A stretch of DNA of 20,000 nt from an uncultured virus (IMG/VR IMGVR_UViG_3300007956_000001) (IMGVR_UViG_3300007956_000001:56183-76182), one strand, 5' to 3'. Shown: positions 7,601 through 15,441, counted from the first letter of the stretch. A program made the numbers and translations. The notes: a model not told the origin generated them from the sequence alone.

Positions 7601-8200
7601 ATGAAAAAGGGTATGAAATTAATAAAGCATAATAATTTTATTTACGAATATGAGAATTTTGTTTCTTATGAAGATTGTGATCTTATTGTTGACTTAGTTG
7701 AGTCTTGTCCTGATATACTATTAAAATATAAATCTGAAAAATCTAAAACTAGATATAATCAAGCAATATCTTTATCTGGTCTTTCATGTGAATCATCACT
7801 AATTAAAGAAGCAGACCTATTAACTCATAAAATTATAAGTGAATGTAATACGAGATATTGTAATGATAATATATTACTTAAAAAGTTTTCATATGTTCTA
7901 GACTATGGTGAAGATTTTTCAGCATCTTATATTTACAGATATTATAATGAGGATGATTATTATGATTGGCACATTGATGAAAGTAAAAATGCATATTATG
8001 TGTTGTCTATAATAATTTACTTAAATGATAATTTTGAGGGTGGGTCAACATTATTTTTGACAGATAAACTTAAAGTAACTCCCAAAAAAGGAAGTGTTTT
8101 AGTATTTCCATGCGACCTTAGAACTATACACAAAGGAACAAAAATAACATCTGGAACAAAGAAAATAATTTGGACTTGCACTGAGAGGAGATTGTGCTAA
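7601..8200 (+). CDS. 2OG-Fe(II) oxygenase (prolyl-4-hydroxylase-like)
   Basis: WHID...IIYLND.FEGGST.F...GSVLVFP...IHKG...GTK. Confidence 0.88.
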   Translation: MKKGMKLIKHNNFIYEYENFVSYEDCDLIVDLVESCPDILLKYKSEKSKTRYNQAISLSGLSCESSLIKEADLLTHKIISECNTRYCNDNILLKKFSYVLDYGEDFSASYIYRYYNEDDYYDWHIDESKNAYYVLSIIIYLNDNFEGGSTLFLTDKLKVTPKKGSVLVFPCDLRTIHKGTKITSGTKKIIWTCTERRLC

Positions 8201-8208
8201 TATATAAA

Positions 8209-8268
8209 GTGTTCAAGAGGTTGCAAAGTCTGTTGTTCTGGACAGGGGTTCGATTCCCCTCACCTCCA
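8209..8268 (+). ncRNA. ssrA: Two-piece (permuted) tmRNA, acceptor piece
   Basis: GGAC-AGGGG-TTCGATT-CCCCT T arm, then CACCTCC-A acceptor strand. Upstream TGC-TAATAT extended -10 (8195-8203). 5' boundary approximate. Confidence 0.85.
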
Positions 8269-8270
8269 TT

Positions 8271-8352
8271 GGGTAGATGTCCGAGTGGTTAAAGGAGGAA
8301 GACTGTAAATCTTCTGGCTCTGCCTACGTTGGTTCAAATCCAACTCTGCCCA
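8271..8352 (+). tRNA. tRNA-Tyr(GTA), nested in the tmRNA intervening segment
   Basis: GGGTAGA/TCTGCCC; GAAGA-CTGTAAA-TCTTC; variable arm GGC-TCT-GCC; GTTGG-TTCAAAT-CCAAC. Confidence 0.95.
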
Positions 8353-8357
8353 CTCCT

Positions 8358-8545
8358 GGGGGTGCCATGGTTTCGACAGGGCAAAAAGGTTGTAATTGTT
8401 GACGGGACAAAACCATAGATGCAAAAACATCTGACTCCGCAGCGAATAATATCGTTGCATTCTCCCGCACTCGCACACTTGCGACTGCCTGAATGGGAGA
8501 TGGGGGATAAGTTATCCTTCTAATCCAATAACTCTTGGGGGTGTA
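8358..8545 (+). ncRNA. ssrA: Two-piece (permuted) tmRNA, coding piece
   Basis: GGGGGTG-CCATGGTTTCGAC 5' signature pairs with CACCTCC (G3:U70). Tag frame 8421-8492 reads AKTSDSAANNIVAFSRTRTLATA*. 3' boundary approximate. Confidence 0.88.
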
Positions 8546-8558
8546 ATGCCCCTATGTT

Positions 8559-8566
8559 TATAAATA
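8559..8566 (+). promoter_or_regulatory. T4-like late promoter TATAAATA
   Basis: Exact match upstream of ATG 8596. Confidence 0.7.
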
Positions 8567-8595
8567 AACTCAGGTAGTTATTATTTCATAAACCT

Positions 8596-8763
8596 ATGAA
8601 AAGTTCAGTAGTAAAGGGTGCTTCAAATATTGCACCATTGACGGCAGCAGTAGCAGTTGCATTTTTTAGTACTGTAATTGGATTTGGATTCTATCATGGA
8701 GCATTTCACATGAATGGAAATTCAACTCATTGCCACGCAGAAGGAGTTTGTCATAATCATTAA
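8596..8763 (+). CDS. 55-aa membrane protein with a His/Cys-rich tail, not in the ORF track
   Basis: MKSSVVKGASNIAPLTAAVAVAFFSTVIGFGFYHGAFHMNGNSTHCHAEGVCHNH. Confidence 0.7.
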   Translation: MKSSVVKGASNIAPLTAAVAVAFFSTVIGFGFYHGAFHMNGNSTHCHAEGVCHNH

Positions 8764-8764
8764 T

Positions 8765-8884
8765 ATGAAAAATACTATTATTATTTCTTTGATTGCATCG
8801 TCCGTTAGTATTTTTACTTGGGAGTGGATGCACCACGTATATGGAATTGATGACAATCCACAACAAGTAGTTTCAATTAAATAG
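8765..8884 (+). CDS. 39-aa hydrophobic small protein not in the ORF track
   Basis: MKNTIIISLIASSVSIFTWEWMHHVYGIDDNPQQVVSIK, tightly packed between neighbours. Confidence 0.55.
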   Translation: MKNTIIISLIASSVSIFTWEWMHHVYGIDDNPQQVVSIK

Positions 8885-8888
8885 AACC

Positions 8889-9074
8889 ATGGGAAGATTT
8901 AGAGATTTATTTCAAGGTAAAGCACAAAATGATGGACTGACTGCACCAGCAGCAGCACCTATCGTCGAAGAGGTTGCACCACCTGTTGCTGAAGAAGCAC
9001 CAGCACAAGAAGAAGTATTTGCACCAGAAACTGTTGCTGAAGAAGCAGAAGTTTCCGCACCAGAGGAAGAGTGA
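8889..9074 (+). CDS. Small Ala/Pro/Glu-rich acidic protein
   Basis: MGRFRDLF then low-complexity VAEEAP repeats. Confidence 0.7.
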   Translation: MGRFRDLFQGKAQNDGLTAPAAAPIVEEVAPPVAEEAPAQEEVFAPETVAEEAEVSAPEEE

Positions 9075-9142
9075 GACCAGTAGTCTAACTGTCCACTAAA
9101 CTCACCACACAGTCCGAGACATGCTATGATTACGAAGTAATC
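9074..9142 (+). promoter_or_regulatory. Early-type promoter module, copy 2
   Basis: AGACCAGT-N6-ACTGTCCA, then TGC-TATGAT (-10 at 9125) and GATTAC-gaa-GTAATC. Confidence 0.7.
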
Positions 9143-9153
9143 AAAACGGAAGC

Positions 9154-9315
9154 ATGACTCGGATTTTTATTGAAAAGGAGCAGATTGAAGAGATCAATGA
9201 CTTTGATTTGCATGAAATTTTTGATGAGATTGCAGATAAAGATATGGAATCAATGATTGAAACCGAGCAAGAAGATTGGTTCGGCAATCAAGATGACATT
9301 TTCATCAACCTCTGA
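9154..9315 (+). CDS. 53-aa very acidic protein not in the ORF track
   Basis: MTRIFIEKEQIEEINDFDLHEIFDEIADKDMESMIETEQEDWFGNQDDIFINL. Confidence 0.7.
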   Translation: MTRIFIEKEQIEEINDFDLHEIFDEIADKDMESMIETEQEDWFGNQDDIFINL

Positions 9316-9347
9316 TTTTTTATTCAACTCTCTAACCTTTCTACATA

Positions 9348-9788
9348 ATGGGAACACGTTCACGCATCGGTATTCAACTTTCAGATGATTCTATTCTTTC
9401 TGTTTATCATCACTGGGATGGTTATCCTACTTGGTTGGGTAGGATTCTTAAGACGCACTACAATACGAAGGAGAAAGTATCCGAACTGATTGATGGTGGT
9501 GATATGTCTTGTGCATGGACAAAAGAACGTTGGACTGGTAAAGAACTTGCTCCTTATGTAAAAGAGATTAAAGAAGCAGAAGAATATGGTCCACAATATT
9601 ATGCACAACGTGGTGATGATTGTCCTCCCCATCTCGATAATAATGTGGCAGAATATCTAAGTGATGGTGAAGAGTATGCTTATATTTTTACACCAACTGG
9701 TGAATGGGTATGCTATGATATGAATCAGTTTGATCATAGAAAAAAACCTGAAATCGTTGAAATCTCTAACACTCCCCTGCACGTTTGA
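9348..9788 (+). CDS. Conserved phage hypothetical protein
   Basis: MGTRSRIG...YHHWDGYP...EEYAYIF...W pattern common in phage early regions. Confidence 0.8.
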   Translation: MGTRSRIGIQLSDDSILSVYHHWDGYPTWLGRILKTHYNTKEKVSELIDGGDMSCAWTKERWTGKELAPYVKEIKEAEEYGPQYYAQRGDDCPPHLDNNVAEYLSDGEEYAYIFTPTGEWVCYDMNQFDHRKKPEIVEISNTPLHV

Positions 9789-9985
9789 TGACTAAAAGAA
9801 AAATGATTTGCGTTCAACCGAAAACTAGCATTGCAAACATTCGGTTTGAATTGGACATGGACAAACTTCATAGTTGCTATGTTGATGATGAGAATAATGG
9901 AATTTTTTCTCTTACATCTATCAATAAAAAATATAAGTTTAGAATGAATGCGAAGAATGATGATAATTGGGAACTTGTTAAATAG
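9788..9985 (+). CDS. Hypothetical protein
   Basis: ATG overlaps the previous stop (TGATG). Confidence 0.7.
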   Translation: MTKRKMICVQPKTSIANIRFELDMDKLHSCYVDDENNGIFSLTSINKKYKFRMNAKNDDNWELVK

Positions 9986-10004
9986 GTAAGAATTGATAGT
10001 AATT

Positions 10005-10658
10005 ATGGAACTTGGAGATTTAATTTATATACAAAAAAATAATCTTGATAGGGATTTTTGTGATAAACTTATAGAGAAATTTAATTCTAAGGGTAAAAAG
10101 AAACCTGGAGTTGTTGGCGGTGGATATATACCAGAAATTAAACAATCCATCGATTTGAACATAACTTTTACTGATGGGTTTGACTATGAAGATGGTGTAT
10201 TATGTGATTCTTTAGGTAAAGCTATTAAAAAATACACTAGCTTTGCTAAAGTAATATTAAATGGAGCATATGGTATCAATAAGGTAGAAGATACTGGATT
10301 TCAAATCCAAAGAACTGAACCTAATGAATTTTATACTTGGCATCATGATGCCAGTATGAAATTTAAGAGTAGAGATGGTGATAAAGTAATTATACAGAAA
10401 AGAATACTTACTTATGTTTGGTATTTAAATGATATTAAAGAAAACGGATATACTGAGTTTATTGATGGAACTAGAGTACAACCAGAAACGGGAACTTTAG
10501 TTATGTTTCCTGCGGATGAAACTTTTGTGCATAGGGGTTATCCACCAAAAAGTGAAGTAAAATATATTTGCACTGGTTGGGTTTGGCAAGACATTGCGTT
10601 CAACATGGAGTCCAATGGGGATGATCCTTCTCCTTCTAATGATAATGATTTAAATTAA
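10005..10658 (+). CDS. 2OG-Fe(II) oxygenase
   Basis: WHHD...LTYVWYLND...GYTEF...FPA..TFVHRG...KYICTGW. Confidence 0.9.
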   Translation: MELGDLIYIQKNNLDRDFCDKLIEKFNSKGKKKPGVVGGGYIPEIKQSIDLNITFTDGFDYEDGVLCDSLGKAIKKYTSFAKVILNGAYGINKVEDTGFQIQRTEPNEFYTWHHDASMKFKSRDGDKVIIQKRILTYVWYLNDIKENGYTEFIDGTRVQPETGTLVMFPADETFVHRGYPPKSEVKYICTGWVWQDIAFNMESNGDDPSPSNDNDLN

Positions 10659-10669
10659 TAGTAAGAATT

Positions 10670-11797
10670 ATGCAAAGTAAATTAAATGAACATGGTTATG
10701 AAATTATTCGTAATTTTATAACCAGTGAAAAAGCAGAAAAACTTGCACTCAATATTTCTGAACAAGTAAAGTCCAATATAGATGTTATGCGTGATGGGCA
10801 AGTTCCAGATGCAGATTCATTGTATAATTCAAAGTATGGATTAGAGTTACTTGTAAATAAAAATGGAGAGATTTCCTCTTTAATAAATGAGTCACTTCTT
10901 CCTACATATTGCTATTCAAGAATTTACAAAAATGGTTGTGAGTTGATAAAACATGTAGACAGACAGGAATGTGAAGTATCTTTAACTGTTCATCTTGATG
11001 GTGATGAGAAATGGGATTTTTATGTTGAAAATTATGAAAAAGAAGAAGTATGTATAACTCTTAATAAGGGAGATGCAATCATCTATCTTGGTGCAAAAGT
11101 ACCACATTGGAGAAATAAGTATATTGGTAAATCTTATACTCAATTATTTTTACATTATGTACGTTCCGATGGTGAATATGCAGATAGATATTTTGATAAT
11201 GCTAAGAGAAAAGAACAATATGACAATGTAGAGGATTATATTGTTTATGAACAAAATTTTTTAGACCATGATATTTGTGATGAACTAATTTCAGAATTTC
11301 ATGAGTCTGAGTGGCAAAATACTAGAATAAGTGGGGGAAGTGATTCTCAGGGTTCCGTTTTAGAAGATGTTAGAAACTGTAAATCGATTGAATTTTCTTA
11401 TTCAGATGTGATGGGAAAAAATTATGAAGCAAGAAATAAATTAGATAGCATTATTTTTAATAAAATTAGTGAAGCATATAGCAATTATGCAAGTACTGTT
11501 AAAAATTCACAAATTACATGTGAAGAAGATGAAGGATATACTTTATTGAAGTATGATGTTGGTGGAAAATATGTTCAACATACAGATCACTATCAGGGGA
11601 GACCTAGGTCTCTTACAATTATCATCAATTTAAATGATGATTATACTGGAGGTGAACTTGCCTTTCGTAATAGGACAAAAATTTACAATTTACAAAAAGG
11701 TGATATAATTATTTTCCCTTCAAATTTTATGTATCCTCATGAGATTATACCAGTAAAGTCTGGGACTAGATATGCTTTAATTACTTGGATGATTTAA
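10670..11797 (+). CDS. Tandem two-domain 2OG-Fe(II) oxygenase
   Basis: Domain 1 KHVD...PHWR; domain 2 QHTD...YPHEI...TRY. Confidence 0.88.
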   Translation: MQSKLNEHGYEIIRNFITSEKAEKLALNISEQVKSNIDVMRDGQVPDADSLYNSKYGLELLVNKNGEISSLINESLLPTYCYSRIYKNGCELIKHVDRQECEVSLTVHLDGDEKWDFYVENYEKEEVCITLNKGDAIIYLGAKVPHWRNKYIGKSYTQLFLHYVRSDGEYADRYFDNAKRKEQYDNVEDYIVYEQNFLDHDICDELISEFHESEWQNTRISGGSDSQGSVLEDVRNCKSIEFSYSDVMGKNYEARNKLDSIIFNKISEAYSNYASTVKNSQITCEEDEGYTLLKYDVGGKYVQHTDHYQGRPRSLTIIINLNDDYTGGELAFRNRTKIYNLQKGDIIIFPSNFMYPHEIIPVKSGTRYALITWMI

Positions 11798-11808
11798 ATA
11801 CTTCAAAC

Positions 11809-13551
11809 ATGAATTTAAAAGAAAATATTTTTGTTATATCATTAAAGACTAGGAAAGATAGAAGAGATTTAATTAAAAATAATATACATACTGCATCAAT
11901 AAATTTTAATATCATTGATGCAGTGAATGGTTATGAAATAGATTATGACTGGATTTTAGAAAAAGGATTTTTTATTGACGAAGACTGGAGAGAACCTTAT
12001 TGTAATTACCCAGTTCAAAAAGGTGAGGTTGGATGTTTTTTATCTCATTATTTTCTTTGGGAGAAATGTGTAGAGAAAGATGAACCAATAATAATTTTTG
12101 AAGATGATTTTCTTATTACAAGAGAAATACCTTTTGATGAAATTTCTGAATTGATAAATGAATATGATTTCATTTATCTTGATTGGATGGAACAGTACAA
12201 AACAATCAAAATAAATGATTATCTTTGCATTCCGGGTTTACCATTTTGCACTCATGCATACGTAATAACTCCAACAGCAGCAAAGGAACTAATAAAGAGT
12301 AAGAGGATAATACCATCAGATGAGTGTATTCCACGTCATTTAAAAAAATTTCGTGTTTGTGGATATAATGAAGAATATAGATTTGTGAGTTACGTTCCAA
12401 CTGAAACTGATATTCCTAGACCAATAAACGGAAAAAATGGAAACGAATTTCTTAAGAAAGAATTTTCAATGAACAACAAAATTTTAGAAAAAGGATACAT
12501 AATTCTCCGTAATTTTATTGAAAAAGATATTGCTTGTGAAATTGGTAATATCTTTAAACTTAATATTGCTAGAAATAGAGTTGACTGGAAAGGTCCTGAT
12601 TCATTTACTACTCATAATCCAATTTCTGGTATAGAGTTACTTGTCAATAAAAATAAAGAAGTTTCTGATATTTTGGGGGAAAAATTACTTCCAAAATGTT
12701 GCTATTTGAGAGAAGATGTTAATCAATCCAAATTGGAAAAGGGTACAGATCAATATGAAAACGAAATATCTTTAATGGTTCACTTATGGAGTGATAAATC
12801 TTGGGATTTTCATGTGGAAACATTGGAAGGAACAACTGAAATAATAAATTTAGAATGTGGAGATGCGATAGTTTACTTGGGAAGTAAAATATCATATTGG
12901 AGAGAACCATATCAAGGTGAATCTTATATACAATTATTTCTTGAATATGTAAGGCAAAATGGGGAAAATAAGCATGATTATTTTCAAATAGGGGAGGTAA
13001 AGCAAAGTTCATATTACTCCAATATGATTTATCATTTGGGGGAATATTTTAACCCATCAGAATGTGATTATATTTTAAATGAATATAACCAATCTGATGA
13101 ATGGCATAGACATGAGTATGGAGATTGTGATTTTATAGAAATTTCCCATGAAGATAGTATTATAAAAAATAAGAATGTAAGAAAGGGAATTGATGACTTT
13201 ATTTTTAAAAAAATATCTAATTTATATTCTAAGTATGCGGAATTATTTCCGAATATGATATTTTCATCTAAAGATGATATTGGATATACTTTGTTAAAGT
13301 ATGATTGGGAGTTTTATCGTGACCATCCTGAATATACTGATGATTTTAAGAATAAATCAAAAACTCTCACAATGATTATCAACTTAAATGATGAATACGT
13401 TGGTGGAGAATTGTCTTTTTGGGGAAAAAAGAAAGTGTACAATTTACAAAAAGGTGATGCTATTGTATTTCCTTCAAATTTCATGTATCCTCATAAAGTC
13501 TTGCCCGTAAAGTATGGGACTAGATATTCTATAATTACTTGGATGATTTAA
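11809..13551 (+). CDS. Glycosyltransferase family 25 fused to two degenerate 2OG-Fe(II) oxygenase domains
   Basis: VISLKTRKDRR, DAVNG, GEVGCFLSH, FEDD, THAYVIT (GT25). From Met 12469 it is colinear with the 10670 protein. Confidence 0.85.
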   Translation: MNLKENIFVISLKTRKDRRDLIKNNIHTASINFNIIDAVNGYEIDYDWILEKGFFIDEDWREPYCNYPVQKGEVGCFLSHYFLWEKCVEKDEPIIIFEDDFLITREIPFDEISELINEYDFIYLDWMEQYKTIKINDYLCIPGLPFCTHAYVITPTAAKELIKSKRIIPSDECIPRHLKKFRVCGYNEEYRFVSYVPTETDIPRPINGKNGNEFLKKEFSMNNKILEKGYIILRNFIEKDIACEIGNIFKLNIARNRVDWKGPDSFTTHNPISGIELLVNKNKEVSDILGEKLLPKCCYLREDVNQSKLEKGTDQYENEISLMVHLWSDKSWDFHVETLEGTTEIINLECGDAIVYLGSKISYWREPYQGESYIQLFLEYVRQNGENKHDYFQIGEVKQSSYYSNMIYHLGEYFNPSECDYILNEYNQSDEWHRHEYGDCDFIEISHEDSIIKNKNVRKGIDDFIFKKISNLYSKYAELFPNMIFSSKDDIGYTLLKYDWEFYRDHPEYTDDFKNKSKTLTMIINLNDEYVGGELSFWGKKKVYNLQKGDAIVFPSNFMYPHKVLPVKYGTRYSIITWMI

Positions 13552-13553
13552 CT

Positions 13554-13739
13554 ATGATGTTTGACGAACCACTAATTAATTCTCTTCAGGGAACAATGGC
13601 AACAATAGACCCATATTCTGTGAAGAGAGAGGCAATTACAGAGCACAGATTAGACCTTATTGAAGACAGACTCACTAGAATCGAAATCCTCCTCAGGGAC
13701 GGTCGTAGAGGTGGCACAGACGCACTTGATTGGGAGTGA
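13554..13739 (+). CDS. Hypothetical protein
   Basis: MMFDEPLINSLQGTMATIDPY... with a short coiled-coil-like segment. Confidence 0.6.
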   Translation: MMFDEPLINSLQGTMATIDPYSVKREAITEHRLDLIEDRLTRIEILLRDGRRGGTDALDWE

Positions 13740-13755
13740 AAATCGTGTATATTAG
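13696..13755 (+). promoter_or_regulatory. Early-type promoter module, copy 3
   Basis: GGGACGGT-N6-GGTGGCAC, then GTG-TATATT (-10 at 13748). Confidence 0.6.
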
Positions 13756-13775
13756 AAGGGTAGAGCAAATGACTG

Positions 13776-14045
13776 ATGGAATTTTCCAATCTCTCTAAAA
13801 TCAAACCAAAATTTCGCACTAATGGTCGAGTTTCTGGTAACTTTGGAAAAAACAAAGTAAATGCAGGTTCTCCTATGAAGGACATTGGTGTTACTAACGC
13901 AACTAATTTGAAAATGACTACTCAAAATGATTATCTTCAACGTTTGCGTGATGCTTACGGCACCACAGAAAATCCTCGTATGAGGGAATTTATCTATCTT
14001 GAAATGCGTAAAATTCTTGTGCAAAGAGGACAATGGGTAGGGTAA
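13776..14045 (+). CDS. Basic hypothetical protein
   Basis: 89-aa ORF directly after a promoter module. Confidence 0.75.
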   Translation: MEFSNLSKIKPKFRTNGRVSGNFGKNKVNAGSPMKDIGVTNATNLKMTTQNDYLQRLRDAYGTTENPRMREFIYLEMRKILVQRGQWVG

Positions 14046-14218
14046 AAAATGGATACGAAATCATTGAGAATGTCTACAATCAACTTATTGATCTTGTAGA
14101 ACATGAAGAAAAACTTCATCAGATGGATATGAGTCTCATTCATTTTCATCTTGATGATCTTAAGTATGAGATTATTCCAAGAATTGAGGAAATTGTCTAT
14201 TATGACCCAACATCTTAA
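14033..14218 (+). CDS. Hypothetical protein
   Basis: 61-aa ORF overlapping the previous stop. Confidence 0.55.
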   Translation: MGRVKNGYEIIENVYNQLIDLVEHEEKLHQMDMSLIHFHLDDLKYEIIPRIEEIVYYDPTS

Positions 14219-14241
14219 TTGACTACATATTGTTGAGTGAA

Positions 14242-14310
14242 GTGCCAGTATTTTTTCTGGCACGTTCTACTTGCAAAACCCCCAAAACCCTGTTATACTT
14301 ACAAAGTAAC
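14242..14310 (+). promoter_or_regulatory. Early-type promoter module, copy 4
   Basis: Perfect GTGCCAG-N8-CTGGCAC; TTGCAA(14271)-17 nt-TATACT(14294) with TGn. Confidence 0.75.
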
Positions 14311-14343
14311 CAATCAATAACGGACTGGATTCTAAACTGTCAA

Positions 14344-14571
14344 ATGACTTACGATAGCAAAACCCTTCAGCAATACGAAAAAGAACTGAAGGATTCAAAG
14401 AAAAAATTCGATAAACTTTCTAAACAGTATAGAAAGTGTACCAGTTATTATCAAGCAGAACTTCTGTATGATGATTTGTCAATTTTGAATGAAGACATCT
14501 CTCAACTCAAACTTCTTGTAAAGGAAATGAGGGAAGAGAAAAAACTTGCCAAACTTATTGAAAATGGTTGA
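14344..14571 (+). CDS. Coiled-coil hypothetical protein
   Basis: MTYDSKTLQQYEKELK...; start moved downstream of the promoter. Confidence 0.75.
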   Translation: MTYDSKTLQQYEKELKDSKKKFDKLSKQYRKCTSYYQAELLYDDLSILNEDISQLKLLVKEMREEKKLAKLIENG

Positions 14572-14872
14572 ATTTAACTACGATCTCTATAACCAAATTT
14601 TAGAATACGATAAACCAGACATGGACCTTGAAGATTTTATTGATAGTATTGTGGAAAATCCTCAAGTGAGAAATGACTTTTTGCAAGAGTATGTTGATGA
14701 AGTTATTGACTCTATGAGTCCAAAAGATATTGCTAAAGCATATTCAAAAATTCTATTGAATAGTCTCAACTCTAGAGTTGAATATCATCAAGAGGATATG
14801 ATTGTCAAAGAATGTTATGAACAATTTCCATACGTTCTTGACCGTTTTAATGTCAATGCGAAAGAAGAATAA
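14564..14872 (+). CDS. Acidic hypothetical protein
   Basis: MVEFNYDLY... Confidence 0.7.
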   Translation: MVEFNYDLYNQILEYDKPDMDLEDFIDSIVENPQVRNDFLQEYVDEVIDSMSPKDIAKAYSKILLNSLNSRVEYHQEDMIVKECYEQFPYVLDRFNVNAKEE

Positions 14873-14886
14873 TTTTTACTTATAAC

Positions 14887-14914
14887 TTGCGAACTAATAT
14901 AAATCTGTTATAAT
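14887..14914 (+). promoter_or_regulatory. Sigma70-type promoter
   Basis: TTGCGA-16 nt-TATAAT with TGn; AAGGAG RBS before ATG 14943. Confidence 0.6.
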
Positions 14915-14942
14915 TACTAATGTGATTCAAGGAGTTCCCCCA

Positions 14943-15089
14943 ATGATTGACACCTGTCGTTTACACGATGATTACGAAAATTTCGCAAAAAGTTTTCTTG
15001 GTATTGATTATGAAGATTATGTGAACATGCAGTATAGTCTCAATGATGATTCTTATGAAATTGAATTTGACAATGCTCTAAACTATTGA
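14943..15089 (+). CDS. 48-aa acidic protein not in the ORF track
   Basis: MIDTCRLHDDYENFAKSFLGIDYEDYVNMQ...; strong RBS. Confidence 0.7.
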   Translation: MIDTCRLHDDYENFAKSFLGIDYEDYVNMQYSLNDDSYEIEFDNALNY

Positions 15090-15120
15090 ATCTAAAACGG
15101 GAGTATTTCTCCCCTTATTT

Positions 15121-15194
15121 GTCTTGTTAGCTCAGATGGATAGAGCAACTGCCTTCTAAGCAGTCGGTCGAAGGTTCGAGTCCTTCACAAGACG
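15121..15194 (+). tRNA. tRNA-Arg(TCT)
   Basis: GTCTTGT/ACAAGAC; ACTGC-CTTCTAA-GCAGT. Confidence 0.95.
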
Positions 15195-15213
15195 TTTTTA
15201 CCATATAATTAAA

Positions 15214-15441
15214 ATGAAACCAGTAGAATCAAATCAACAACTAATTGATAGATTTGTAAAGAGAACCAAGCAACTTCAAACAAGACTTGAAGAGTTGCAA
15301 GAATCTTATGATGAATATGTAAAAATAGAAGGTGACTTAAAACGTCTTGAAGGTTCTATGCAAGTTGTTCAATATATTGAATTTGGTAGACTTCCTGGTG
15401 ATGGTAATCACGATGGAATGAAAGACCACAAACCAAATTGA
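15214..15441 (+). CDS. Coiled-coil hypothetical protein
   Basis: 75-aa ORF with a heptad-like pattern. Confidence 0.75.
   Translation: MKPVESNQQLIDRFVKRTKQLQTRLEELQESYDEYVKIEGDLKRLEGSMQVVQYIEFGRLPGDGNHDGMKDHKPN

Noticed and set aside
8241..8268. Apparent tRNA 3' fragment suggesting an att site or pseudo-tRNA
   Set aside because: It pairs with GGGGGTG at 8358 and is explained as the tmRNA acceptor piece; no integrase is present
8260..8478. Minus-strand 72-aa ORF
   Set aside because: Antisense shadow of tRNA-Tyr and tmRNA
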